Assembly: GCF_001194135.2 (NCBI RefSeq)
Contig: NC_068998.1
Coordinates: 43,932,611-43,996,610, forward strand
Reading direction: 5' to 3'
DNA: 64,000 nucleotides
From: Octopus bimaculoides
Lineage: Eukaryota
In this document: piece after piece, positions 36,607-49,504 of the stretch
How the letters are laid out: every line of letters starts with the position of its first letter
Numbering within the stretch: the stretch's first letter is position 1
The notes under the pieces: model-generated
Told to the model about the DNA's origin: nothing
Seen by the model: only the letters and a program-made list of their open reading frames with translations
Databases searched by the model: none
Translations under genes and position numbers: made by a program

Positions 36607-36735
36607 AAGCAAACTGTACTTCCTTATGCAGCTATTCTCAGCAATATGGAACATGTCCGCATCAATGCAGTTTTCGCTTTTACATACTACATCTGCTTCT
36701 TCTGAAACCCAGCTTTCTCTCTTACACTTGCCGCA
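36607..36735 (-). mobile_element. RTE LINE fragment (proximal half, split by the SINE)
   Basis: KRKLH*CGHV resembles RRLRWYGHV; colinear with 36070-36212. Confidence 0.65.
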
Positions 36736-37570
36736 AACAATATATCTTGTAGTTTGGCAGCTTTATTCGATTTGATATGAGAAAATAAATGAGATAAAAA
36801 TACTCTATTTGAAAAAACCGTTTTGGATTAATGACAGGAAAAGTATTCAGCCATAGATTTCTTACTGATTGAGTAAATCTCAACCAACCCATGTCAGAAT
36901 AGAACAAAGATTACCAAAACATGTGAATGATAAGGAGAAGCATGAGGATACATACGTTTGTGTGTGTGTGTATATATATATGATAAAAATAAAAGATTCC
37001 AAACAAGTCTAAGTAAATTAATCAGGTCTGTTAAAGACAGAAACAAAGTCTATACTGTCTGTTGGGAATTAATTAGTGCTGCAAAACCATACAAACCAGG
37101 AACTAATAAATATGACCTTTGTTTAGAAGAATTTTAGCAAATTTTTACATCTAAGGGAAATATAATAAATTCTAGACAGGAACAAATTGTAAGAGGCTTG
37201 CACGTGAGAAAATTCACCTTTGCTCAGTATAAATGACTAACAAACATTTAAACATGCTTTGAAGTAACAGGCTATAAGTGATTGTCCAATCAAAACTTGA
37301 TTTGAAGATAGCTCATGTCTAAATTAATGAACAATTCCATATTATACAACGCGGAGTTGATAAGTGAAAAACTTTAAACGGTTAAATCGAATGATATTTA
37401 AGTGAAAACTCTAAAGATACTGCACCAGTATAGTAGTAGGATTGCAATTACCCTTGTTACTAAATGATGCAGTTGAAACATGTGTAGGTTTATGTAAAGC
37501 TGTATATATAAAAAGGAATTAAAGGTAATGTTATGCCACTTTGTAATAATCCTTATTATTATTATTATTG

Positions 37571-37635
<65 letters not shown>

Positions 37636-37809
37636 CGAGGGGGTACTGAAAAGTACTGGTTGGAGGCCCCCAACCTTCCAAGTTCTTTTACAGAGCTTAG
37701 GAAACCTAAAGGACCACTGCAATAAGAGTGGATTTGAGAAGGGAATATACTGAATAGAATCATAATTAACTGATCCTTCTGTATTTTCTGGAACTTTGCA
37801 GCACCCCCT

Positions 37810-37811
<2 letters not shown>
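37636..37811 (+). mobile_element. Mariner MITE (CGAGGGGGT-type TIRs) with transposase C-terminal remnant
   Basis: CGAGGGGGTACTGAAAAGT ... ACTTTGCAGCACCCCCTCA; homologous to 62058-62278. Confidence 0.75.
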
Positions 37812-37849
<38 letters not shown>

Positions 37850-38022
37850 ATCATTATCATTGCTTTACTATCTATGTTTTCATACTTGCATCAGTGAGCT
37901 ATAAGACATCATTGAAACAGATTTTTCTGTAACTGAATGCTTTTACTGTTACAAACCATAATCTATTTTCTGACAAAGCAATATTTCTCTTAGTCTTTTG
38001 AACAATAAACAGCCCAGATATG

Positions 38023-38395
38023 TGCTGGTATAGTTGTGTGGTAAGAAGCTTGCTTCTCAACCACATGTTTCTGGGTTCAATCTCATTCCATAGTACCTTT
38101 AGCAAATGTCTTCTGCTATAACATGGGGTTGACCAAAGCCTTGTGAGTCGATTTGGTAGATGGAAACTGAAATAAGCCGATCATATGTATGTGTGTGTGG
38201 ATGTATGTGTGCGTGTGTTTTGCCATCCACCTTGGCGTTGTTTTGTTTGCATCTGCGTAACCTAGCATTTCAGCCAAAGAGACTGATAGAATAAGTACTG
38301 GTGTTTATTTGTTCAATTAAAAACCTTCAAGGTGGTGTCCCAGCATGGCCACAGTCTGAAAACTGAAAAGTAAAAGCTAAAAGAATAAGAATAAG
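38023..38395 (+). mobile_element. SINE family A copy
   Basis: Head, CORE-like domain and 3' end present. Confidence 0.85.
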
Positions 38396-38685
38396 AAAAA
38401 GAAAACAAATATATTAACTCTACATGATCTGTGGAAGATTTCATTTAGTTGGTAGTAACATTGCATTGATGTTAGATTGAATATGGACGCCAGTAGTAGG
38501 AAAACTGCTATAAATATTAAAAAATAAATTTCTGAATTTCTGTCTTGACAGTTGATAACTTTCTGGAAGCATCTGTTATGTCATTGCAAAGATAATAGGT
38601 ATTGGTCTCAAGAATAAATTACTGTTTATCTCATTTTTGTAGACAAATTTGTTGCTTACGCCTGCTTAATGAATCATTTTTACAG

Positions 38686-38751
38686 TTAGAGAATTTGTAG
38701 TGGCTGGCTGGTGTTCTACAAATGAGAAATGTCTTATGAAGTATCCATTTA
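38686..38751 (+). CDS. Candidate 66-nt symmetric exon (REFVVAGWCSTNEKCLMKYPF)
   Basis: Branch-like CTTAAT, acceptor ATCATTTTTACAG, donor GTAAGA, phase 1-1 open. Confidence 0.25.
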
Positions 38752-39214
38752 GTAAGATTCTGAAAACGTGCTCGATAAGTTATGTTTTAGCTGCAATAGA
38801 TTTTCTTTGACAATTGTTATGTTATGGTGTACATCTTATCAATTTATTTTGTGTGCTGTTCTAAATTAGGTTATATTTCATGAGGAATCAATATGAAATG
38901 AAGGTGCCGGGACATAAACATGTAGTATGCAGTAGGATAGATAATCTGGGAAAGGTAGAAGAGGGGACAACATTTTGGATTCTGTGTAGATTACATTATA
39001 ATGTGATTGGTTGAGGCAGACACCTTAATCGGCATGATTTTATATCTCTTCTTCCTTTCATATACAAGCATACATGCATGCACCCACAATTACATGTGCA
39101 TTCCTGAATACACTTGCAAAATCATTTACAAGCACAAACACTATTGTATAAATGAATGCCATCAAAACATCTTTTATGTTTTTGTTCATCTTAGAAATAA
39201 TTGCTAAATTTTCA

Positions 39215-39355
39215 GCTGGTGCAGTTGTCTGGTATGAAGCTTAATTCCAAATCATGTGGTTCTGGGTTCAGCCTCACTGCATGGCCCCATGGGCAAGTGT
39301 CTTCTACCATAGCCTTGGGCCAACCAAAGCTTTGTGAAACTGAAAAAAAACCCAT

Positions 39356-39394
<39 letters not shown>

Positions 39395-39632
39395 ATATGC
39401 ATGTATATATCCATGTGTGCATGTCTTTGTGCTTTTGTCCCTCACCACCTCTTGACAACTGGTGTTGTGTTTATGTCCCTGTAACTTAGCTGTTCAGCAA
39501 AAGAGACCGATAAAATAAGTACCAGGCTTAAAAAATAAATTCAACACCGGGAATGATTCATTTAACTGAAACCCTTCTAGGCAGTGCCCCAGCATGGCCA
39601 CAGTCTAATGACTATAACAAGTAAAATATCAA
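39215..39632 (+). mobile_element. SINE family A copy
   Basis: GGGCAAGTGTCTTCTACCATAGCC...CCCAGCATGGCCACAGTC. Confidence 0.85.
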
Positions 39633-39640
39633 AGGTAAAC

Positions 39641-39806
39641 TTCAACCGATCAACTCCAGTGTTTAACTGATATTTATTTTATTGACCTCAAAAGGGTGAA
39701 GGGCAAAGTTTACCTCAGCAGAATTTGAACTCAGAACATAAAGATGGAGAAAATACTGCTAAGCATTTTGCCCAGTGTACTAATGATTCTGCCAGTTTAA
39801 TGCCTT
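39641..39806 (-). mobile_element. SINE family B copy
   Basis: GGGTGAAGGGCAAAGTTTACC...TTTGAACTCAGAAC...GATTCTGCCAG. Confidence 0.8.
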
Positions 39807-40664
39807 AGTCAGGATGAATATTGGCTATTGAAATAATAAAGTTATTGATTTCTATCATAGGTATTGGGCCACAGCCTTTGTTGATGGTGAGATATATTTA
39901 AAAACAGCACTCCTTCTTCATTTATTGAACTGTGGTTGGATAAAAGACAATGTTGACTCAAGCAGGATTTGATCTCAGAGTCTAACTACTAAGACATAAT
40001 TATTTCCAAAGTAATTAATTAAAATAAGATTTCTTCCATCTGTTCAATTAATTCAGTTTGTCAAAAATTGCCATGCCATAAATTGACATTTAAAAAAAAT
40101 TTTAGAAGTAAAATAGCAAAAATAAACATATTTAATTAGTATTAGGATGAAAACGAACTGATATCTATTTATCTATCTTTTTATCTCTCTCCATCTGTCC
40201 TTCTTTGTACACACATATATAAACACACACATGCATATATATTTGTGTGTATATGTGTATTTGTGTATACATACAAACATTTATATATAACACACACATG
40301 TATGTGTGTATACATGCACATATGCAATTATGCATACACACAGACATATGCACACATATAATATTGTTTAAAGTACAAGTAAATGCTATGTAATACAACA
40401 CAGCAACAACTTGAAGCGTCATATCTTTGGAAAAGTAATGAGAAATATTAACTGAGGATAAAGTCCTGTGATTTTGCAGCAGATACAAGATTACTGAAGT
40501 ATATTGTATTTCTTAGATCATTAACTTCATCTGTTGTGTTCAATTCTCTATAAACTGATCAGCAGAAAATATCTAAAATAGAATTGCAAAATGTTAAGTT
40601 AGTTGTCCTGAAATTATAAACTACCTCAAATGTATCAGATCTGACTGACTGAAATGTAATGTTG

Positions 40665-40702
<38 letters not shown>

Positions 40703-40706
<4 letters not shown>

Positions 40707-40831
40707 AAATATACATTTTCAAGATGAGGCTTGTAGTCGGATTAATCATAATCTTAATAAAATATAAGTAGCTCATGTCATAATTTTAGATATATAATGA
40801 ATTGTATCTTTATTTTCTATAATAAGATTGA

Positions 40832-40880
<49 letters not shown>

Positions 40881-41005
40881 AAATATACATTTTCAAGATG
40901 AGGCTTGTAGTCGGATTAATCATAATCTTAATAAAATATAAGTAGCTCATGTCATAATTTTAGATATATAATGAATTGTATCTTTATTTTCTATAATAAG
41001 ATTGA

Positions 41006-41006
<1 letters not shown>
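40703..41006. repeat. Perfect 130-bp tandem duplication separated by (TA)n
   Basis: 40703-40832 and 40877-41006 appear identical. Confidence 0.9.
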
Positions 41007-41050
<44 letters not shown>

Positions 41051-41053
<3 letters not shown>

Positions 41054-41197
41054 GTGTGACTATTCTTCCCAACCACAACGTTCCAAGTTCAGTCCCACTG
41101 CATGGCACCTTGGGCAGGTGTCTACTACTAAAGCCTTGGACCAATCGAAGTCTTGTTAGTAAATTTGGTAGACAGAAACTGAAAGATGCCTGTTGAA
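41051..41197 (+). mobile_element. SINE family A, 5' half
   Basis: AAGTTCAGTCCCACTGCATGGCACCTTGGGCAGGTGTC. Confidence 0.8.
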
Positions 41198-41206
41198 TAT
41201 ATATAT

Positions 41207-41237
<31 letters not shown>

Positions 41238-41402
41238 GTATATGTATGTATATATATATGCATATACTCAATATAAAATAGTGTACATTGAAACACAAGA
41301 GAAAATGCCTTCAACAGTCAGTTTTACACGCTAGAAGAAGTAGTCAAAATGACCAAAACCACATTTAAGAGCAGTTTTGAAGGGAATGAAAAATAAAAAC
41401 TT

Positions 41403-41730
41403 TAACCTTGTTGTTTTATTATGGTCAGACCTAGGTTTCAAATTTTTTAGCAAATAAAATAATTTGCTAGGCGAAATTCTCATCACTGACTGTGCCACAA
41501 CATTAACATATAATTAAGAGACAAATAACACGTGTCTCATTATTTTACATTATAATTTTTCAAATTCACCATGCAAGCACACTTCCAGTCGGCTTTTTGA
41601 TGACGTGCGTTTAATTTTATAATGACATTATAGGGTATGTGTGAAAGCACGTATCTGGACAGTTTGGACGTAAAAAATGGTAGGTACAATATTTTGGCCA
41701 GCTGTGGTCGATTTGAACGCTAAAGGTTTA
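41403..41730. mobile_element. Possible piggyBac-type non-autonomous element
   Basis: Right end GAACGCTAAAGGTTTAA and left TTAACCTT suggest TTAA-flanked ends; TIR match is poor. Confidence 0.3.
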
Positions 41731-42121
41731 AATAGCTACCGTATAAATTCTATTCACCATATTTTGTGCCCTGTGATATTCACTAGATTCCATATTTAAA
41801 ACATCCTTTGAAGGGTAGACAATTCTGTGAAGTATAACTGCAATCAACTGCAGAGTAATGGTTGGTTGAGCAGAACAAACAGTTCTATGTGCATGGCATA
41901 AAGCAACTGCACCATCAATACAAGTAATGCATTGAAGTTTGCATTGACTTTACTTCTGAATGAGATATTTGTTGAGACAAAGTGATAAAAAATATATGAA
42001 AGTAATTTTTTTTTTACTCTCATGTCATTAAATATGCCAACATTTAAAACTTTATAAATACTTATTTGAAAAATGCATGCATGCACATACACATATGCTC
42101 GGGCATGTACATACATTGATA

Positions 42122-42552
42122 TAGGCACGACTGTGTGGTAAGAGGTTATTTCCTAACACCATGATTCTGGGTTGAGGCCCACTGCGTGGCACCTGCTATA
42201 GCCTCAGGCCAACCAAAGCCTTCTGTGTGGACTTGGTAGACAGAAACTGAAAGAAGCCCGTCGTATATACATGTGCATATATCTTTGTGTCTGTGTTTGT
42301 CCCCTCAACACCACATGACAACCGATGTTGGTGCGTTTACATCCCCATTACTTAGTGGTTCGGCAAAAAGAAACTGATAGAATGAGTGCTAGGATTAAAA
42401 AATAAATCCTGATGTCTCTTTGTTTGACTACAACCTTTCAAGGCTTTGGTCAGCCCAAAGCTACAGTTGAAGACATTTGACCAAGGAGCCACACAGTAGG
42501 ACTGAACCTGAAACCATGTGGTCAGGAAGCAAGCTACTTAGCACACAGCCAC
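42122..42552. mobile_element. Family A copy (+) joined to an inverted family A head (-)
   Basis: Orientation switches at CAAGGC (42439-42444). Confidence 0.85.
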
Positions 42553-43268
42553 AACAGCACACATGTATGTACTACTGGCTCATGTAAGCATGGAAAAGTT
42601 AATGGTAAATGATAATGTTTTTATATATATGCTTATATATATATATATATATATATATAGATAGATAGATATAGATAGAGGGAGAGAGCGAGAGTGAGAT
42701 GTGCATACATAATGTGTTTATATCTATATATATGTATTAATAGATGCATTGTGTGCCAATGTGAATATGTGTGTGTCTGTATGGGTATGCGCACAAATAG
42801 ACAGAAAAATAGATAATTTTCCGTTCTTATTTGCTACAGAGCAATGCTAAAGAAAATGAAAACACACTTTCATTATTTGCTTTATAGAAAACATTGACTC
42901 CTCCAATTCATTGTCCTACACTGTCAAGAATTTGAGAAATTTCACACTTGAATGCTTTTGCTGACAGAACTTATCTATGGAAGTTAATTATTTGTCTGAG
43001 AAATCCCTGATCTGCCTATCACAAAAGTACTGCTAATGATCACAAAAAGGACTGCATTTATTGGCTTGAATGATGCTCTATCTTCTATTTATCATCAACT
43101 GATGCCATTTATCAGTTACTTTAAAACTCTACAAGACCAAGAACTCCACAAACTTGCGCTGTTCTCTGTTTGGCTTCTCTTTTGTAGAAGAATGGTTCCA
43201 TTCAGTGTCAATGCTACTATGGTACACAAAAGGCACACAACAGATTTTCCAGTGATAATGACTTCCTC

Positions 43269-43310
<42 letters not shown>

Positions 43311-43538
43311 TAATAATAATAAATTGGATTTGTAATTAGGAAGATAAAGGTTAGCACTTGGCTGAATATGATTGTAAGTAGCTATTATCCTCTGCACAGG
43401 TTCCATTAATGTTCTCATCCCCAGGAGGCCAAAGACTTAGATTGGCATCTTCCTGTGAACAACATGTTGTGATTCTTCAGTTTGAATGATATGCTCAGCA
43501 TTGATGTCCAACAGTACAGAAAAAAGTTCATTTACAAC

Positions 43539-43572
<34 letters not shown>

Positions 43573-43811
43573 GTACATGTATGTACACACACATACACAC
43601 AAACACACACTTTCTATGCATATACATCCAAGTGTGTGTGGACATATATATTTATGTATGCACATATAAATACATAATATGCATTTCTGTATTTGTGTGT
43701 ATATCTATATATATGACATATATGTCATACATATGTTATATATGTCATATATACATGTTATATATGGCATATATATATGTGTGTGTGTGGGTGTGTGTGT
43801 GTGTATCTGTG

Positions 43812-43847
<36 letters not shown>

Positions 43848-44929
43848 TTGTGGTATATGTGTGTGCCTGTGTATGTATATAAACTGTTTGGAATATTGGT
43901 AACTTTCAAATTGATGAAATGCATCTTGTGAAATAATTAGATTTCTCTTCCACAAGACATGTCTACCTGATTTAAACTGTCAAATAAGGAATGAACCACC
44001 CCAACAAGCTTAAAAAAAAATTATAAAAAGAAACCCATGTAAGTCATCCACAATCAATAGTATTTTAGCTATTATTGGACTTTTATCATTTTACTATTCA
44101 CTTAATCATTTAATGTTTTTGTTTTTTAACTTTGTTTTATTCTTCTTGTTTCTTCCCTTATTTAATGCTTGTTTGCAAGAAGATATACAATGCTATTAGC
44201 CCCATAGTGTGATGGTTTCATTTCCTTTCGTGCATATTGCCTATGTTGTGTGTGTAGCAGATAAATCAAACCGAACCCATTATCTCAGCCTAAGCAATGC
44301 CATATCCGTTCTCTCTCATAATCTTTAAATGGACATCCCACTGTCAGTCACTGGTCTTCGGTTTGGTTAGATACAGGGCAGGGGCAGAGAGCATTGGTGG
44401 TTGGTATGTGTGGAATTGGTAGTGGTGGTGGTAGTGTTGATCGAAATCAACATTAGTTTGAGACAGTCACCTTGCAGTTATTACAAGACTGGTTAGTAAT
44501 TTTCCTTGTTTTGCATGCTTTGTTCAGAGATATAACTGACTGGACAAGTTAAACATGAATTAGCTTATTGGTCAAAGCAACTAAAGTTCATATCCGGTAA
44601 CCACATAGTGATATGCCTTTAACTAATATACTTTAACTCTCAAATAACCTGCTTTATATATTTCACTTACCTCTGTAAATAAGTAATATAGCGTCAGTGT
44701 GCCTAATGGAGAGCTGAAAGCTGTGGGTGGATTGTCTTAATCAACAAATGTTATCATTAGCTTAGAGTAACAAGTTTGAAGAAATCACCCAGGAGGAAAA
44801 TTATCTCACAGTTATTTAAACTTGTGAAGTCAGAGCTAAGCTCTCTTAGAGTTTAGAAACCATTTTATATAGAAAAATCTATTTATTCTGTATACCTCAG
44901 TCCTCCTGTCAAAGAAGGTACCAGATCTT

Positions 44930-45165
44930 CACATAGATCTTATCACATAGGATGAACTTTGGGTCCATCACTATGATCCTGAGACTAAAGTGCAATCAAA
45001 GTAATGGACGCATAATAACTCACCACCTCCAAAGAAGACTCATATACAACCCTTAGCAGGCTAGGTGATGCTCACAGTCTTTTGGGCCCAGGGTGGAGTA
45101 GTGATGATGGATTTTCTGGCAAAGGGTACCACAGTTAATGGCACATATTATGCTTCCCTGCTCAT
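44930..45165 (+). mobile_element. Mariner transposase fragment (first catalytic Asp region)
   Basis: LIT*DELWVHHYDPETKVQSK*W...PPPKK...AG*VMLTVFW...DFLAKGTTVNGTYYASLL. Confidence 0.85.
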
Positions 45166-45984
45166 GAACTCTTTGAATCTCACTTCCACATTTCACCACT
45201 AGTTTCCTAATATTTGTTTCAGTATATACTAAACTATGTGATAATGGAGATGTTTTTATTTAGACATAGAATTTCAAATCTGGAAAATAATGAGCCAACA
45301 AGGGAACTGCTTTGAGATCATTAGCAGGGAAATTTTTATTTGATCATATCGTCTTGTTAAAAGAATAAGAAAAGAAAAGTTGCATTAAATAAGGAGGCCA
45401 AATGTACATCATTCATTCATTTTATATTCCTTTTACTATGCTGGCCAAGTATTTATTTACAGCAATATTTTTGTAGTTGGATGCTCTTCCAGTCACATAC
45501 AAGCAAGGTTCATTTGTATCCCACTATATTGAAAATAAAGGACTCTTCATATGGTTCACTGAAGATTTAACATAACAAACCGTTTTATTGCTCAGATTAT
45601 ATCATGCAAGAAGTGTGTTTACCAATTCCACTAATTTTAACATTGGTTGACTTTTGAGACAATAGTGGATGATACTTGCTCAAGGAACTTTGTTGTGGGC
45701 CTGATCTTAGAACCATGTAGTTGTGAAGCAAACCATAGAAGGCTTTTGATCCAATATGAACAGAGTTGGAGCTACATGATTTGCTAAATGGAAAGTAAAG
45801 AAAATTTTCCATACTGGACATGTTCTATTGTTGGATATCAGACACAGGCTGATATTATTTCATATACAGATATTTCAGTGGAGTGTGATGTCCCATTAAA
45901 CAAGAAACTCGTTTTTTATAAACTAGTCAGAGGAGGAAGAGTAGTTTGGCATAAGGCCTCCTGCCCATAAACTGGAAAGATCAA

Positions 45985-46560
45985 TACAGTTGGTTTCAGT
46001 GTGAATATTTAAATGTTGATGCCTGTAGGTAAAAAAACATGGCTAGAGAAAGAAAGAATTTCTAAAGACAGCAGTTCTGTGGATGAAGAGTGTGAAAATG
46101 TAAGTAATCACTGGGACATGACAGCAGAGGTGATGAGAGTAAATGAAATGAATGGATGTTATAGAATTGGCATATAGCTAGCTGAGAGGGACATGGGCCA
46201 TTATAGTTGCAGCAGAAGAGACAGAGAGAAGAAAGAGAACAACATCTATAAATTGGTTGGGGTAGAAAATTTGTGAATGGATCTCTGCTGTTCAGGTTGG
46301 TGGTAATTTTTCTTTTAATTTATGGAGTAGGTCTAGAATGTTTGTGTGTTTTCATAATAGTAACACCTTCTTTTGTGGTTTTGTAGCAGTGCTATAGTGT
46401 CAAGGGTCAGCAAATGATCAGGGCTGAAGTATCTTCTTGCCCTAAAGAGGAAAGCTAGTTTGGGGGATAAGGTTTTGGCAAAGCTATAGTTGTTTGTTCA
46501 TTATGAGAGATCATCAAAGATTTTATTGAGAACCAGTCAGATATTGAAGTTGATTAAGTC
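45985..46560 (-). mobile_element. Decayed CR1/Jockey-like LINE C-terminus
   Basis: KTLSPKLAFLFRARRYFSPDHLLTL, SSLCLF..YNG.C.S.LA and SF..RT...NS.P..F remnants. Confidence 0.6.
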
Positions 46561-47939
46561 GAGTATACCTCATCACCAAAAAATTTGCAGTCTTTTATGT
46601 AATTAAGAATTGCTGTTATCATTATTAATTTTACGCTTCGTCCTTCTAAAGAGGCTAAAATTAAGTGCTAGTCAAGTACTGAAGAATAATAAAGTATGAT
46701 TCACATACGAAGGTTATGTGACTGGTAATTTATTTTATAAAGTTCCACTCCAATACTGGGATACCAGTGGTACTTTAGCACACCTCAGTTCTAATCAATA
46801 TCTGTGGTACTTTATTAGGCCTCAATTCTTGTCTGGTACTTTATTTCATAATGTAATAAAATATCAGTCTAGTACTGGTGTTGATAAAATAACATACTGG
46901 TGTTGATAAGGATAGTACTCAAGTACTAAGAGGAGGGCCAATTTATTTAATTGATCTCTCCCAAAATGTGTGGTCTTTGAATCTTGGTATGGGTCATTAT
47001 AATAATCTTTATCACATCATTCATGACCGGATCTTTGGATTCACAAGTGGCACATTTCTCACAATAATGTCAGTTTATACCCATTAGGTCTTCCTTTATA
47101 TTGTAGACCATCTTTGTGTAGTAAATCATAACCTTTTCTTCTTCATGGAATGTGAATAAGAAATTATGAATGAGAGGTATCAAGCGTCACAGCCAACCAA
47201 TAAAATAGAAAGCTTTATTGTCATTTTATGGACATTTCTTTCAATATTTAAACCATTATTGAATTATTCTGATCAAAAAGATACAATCACATATTTATTG
47301 CATTGTGATAAATGCTAAAAGTGATTGTTATAAATACATCGTTTTTTATTTTTTAGTCAGGCTGTACATACATACATCTATACATAAATGTATGTCTGAC
47401 TGAATGTATGTGTCTGCATGTTTTTAAAAATGTTTGATAATTTTAAGAGTTCCCTTATCTTGCTTCTATTTCAAATTATTGCAGTTTTATTCAGTTATAT
47501 AATGTTTCAAATTACAAAGAAAAATGTATATGGAGGAAGCAGTCAATAAAATATTTTAAAAACATAAAAGAAAAAAGGTACAAAAAATAGAAATAGACCA
47601 TTATGAGACTAATAAAGTTTGTCTGGTCTGTTCTATGAGTTTATTTGAAATTAAAATAGATAAAAGCTTTTATTTTCCTTTTCTTTTTGTTTTTGATTTT
47701 TGCGCAGAAGTTAACTTTGATAAGTAGATGTTGTATGCATGTTTAACAGTTCTCTTATAATAGTTGTCTCATCACTAACAAAAGTGAAATACTACTATAA
47801 TCTTTCATCTCCAGTATATACATATTTATACATATATATGTGTGTATGTGCACAAATATACATTTGTATAACTATATATGTACATGCATACACAGAAATA
47901 TATACATCCATATGTGTGTGTGTGTGCGTCTGGAGAAGG

Positions 47940-48100
47940 AATTTCAACCATGTTTCGTGGTCTGCTACCACAACAGCTCCTTTATAGGATCCAGTTAGCT
48001 CAAGACATCATCAGGAGGAACCACGTCCGGTTTCGGCCCCTACTCCTCTACCGTTTTGACGTGGCGGGGCCACCGCCTTTCGGAGGTGTCTTCAGCTCTG
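47940..48100 (-). ncRNA. Two tandem atypical hammerhead-like cores in a GC-rich island
   Basis: CTGAAGA...GGCCCC/GGGGCC-GAAAC..GTT and CTGATGA...GTGGT/ACCAC-GAAAC-ATG-GTT. Confidence 0.4.
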
Positions 48101-48249
48101 GTGCTGGGTGCATGTCTTCTTTCACTGTTTGTGACTGTTCTAATTCAATTGTGGAATGTCCCTCGCAAATATATCACCATTTTATATTTGTATTCCCTAC
48201 TGGCATGGATTTGTGTGTGTGCTTCTGCTCTCAGCTATAGTCCTCACAT

Positions 48250-48605
48250 AGTGCCAAACTAACAGCAGAGCTTGAAGTTGCTCAACATCAATACACCAAA
48301 AAGATTTAAACACTGCAGCAGATGTGCTACAGGGAGAGACTGAAGAAATTACGTCTTTACTATCTGGAGTGAAGGCACGAAAGATATATAATAATCTACA
48401 TATAGGAAACTCCAGAAGAGCTAGTGCTTAATTTCAGCATTGAATGTCGTACAAATGCCAGAACCAGACGTCATTGTATTGTACAAAAGGAACCATACAC
48501 ACCATCTAAATTCAGGACAAGGTACTCTAACAGCCTACGGTTCAAAAGTTCACAGCTCTTCAATGCCCTGACACAACAATTAAGAAATCTACATAATGTA
48601 AAAAC
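48250..48605 (+). mobile_element. CR1-clade LINE 3' ORF2 fragment
   Basis: ELEVAQHQYTKKI...CYRERLKKLRLYYLE*RHERY...TRRHC...SQLFNALTQQLR follows the CR1 C-terminal consensus. Confidence 0.8.
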
Positions 48606-49436
48606 TGCAATAGTACATGGTAGTGAAATGTGAGCTACAAGACATGTGGTAGAGTGCATATGGTGACCCAGCCATCTCAGTAAAGGTTCATGACTACTGC
48701 CCTCCAACCTAAACAAAGAAATAATTTAATAAAACACCTCTTGTTTGCATTCTTTTCTCACTCTCAGATGAAGGACAATAATTCACATGTTGAACTCTAC
48801 ATTTCTCACTATGGCAAATGAACTTTACATACATTCAGTTTTAGATTGACAAACTTTTTTTGCCCTCCACATGCCATCGACCATTTTTTTCGTTTTTTAT
48901 TTTTATTTTTTTTTTTTCACATACTGCAGATTTTACCCTGTATTTATCACACATTTCCATTAGATAAATATATATTGATTAATCATTTTGAATATTAGAT
49001 ATTTCTTTACCAAATCAGATATTTGTTAGAAAAAACAAACAAACAAAACAAACAAAAAAACAGTGGTAAGGAGAGGAGATTTCGTTTTCTTCTTTACATT
49101 TTTACTTTTGTTCGTCTTCTGTTTTCTTTTTTTTTTTAATCTTTTTTCCTGGTAGTACTGAGTGTTTTCTGTGATTAACAGCTGAAACAGTTTCCAACTT
49201 ACAACTTATAAAAAACTCGATGGAAAATAATAAAATAAATGGATAACAACTATAATCTACATTTACAGCCTTGGTGATATTTCAAAACTAATAAATGCTC
49301 ACCTGTTGCAATAAATTACACTTTTTTTCTAACCATCTCCTATAAGTCACATTAATTCAATGTAAGACAAACATTTTGCTTTTAGTTTTTTAGGTTTTTT
49401 TGTCAGGTGGGTGTGTATTTGATACACAATACAATA

Positions 49437-49439
<3 letters not shown>

Positions 49440-49469
<30 letters not shown>

Positions 49470-49472
49470 GCT

Positions 49473-49504
<32 letters not shown>

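Noticed and set aside
43036-43335. 99-aa ORF and a 34-nt EGF-like micro-exon (NGSIQCQCYYG)
   Set aside because: ORF ends in an AAT repeat; weak donor; all three frames open, so uninformative.
46029-46099. Plus-strand exon candidate KKTWLEKERISKDSSSVDEECEN with GTAAGT donor
   Set aside because: It is the antisense of the CR1-like LINE C-terminus; exonisation is possible but unsupported.
46755-46930. Recurrent GTACT motifs suggestive of an array
   Set aside because: Irregular spacing, no conserved repeat-spacer structure and eukaryotic context; not CRISPR.
47878-48240. 120-aa ORF MYMHTQ...
   Set aside because: Starts in a microsatellite and runs antisense through the HHR-like island; no protein family recognised.
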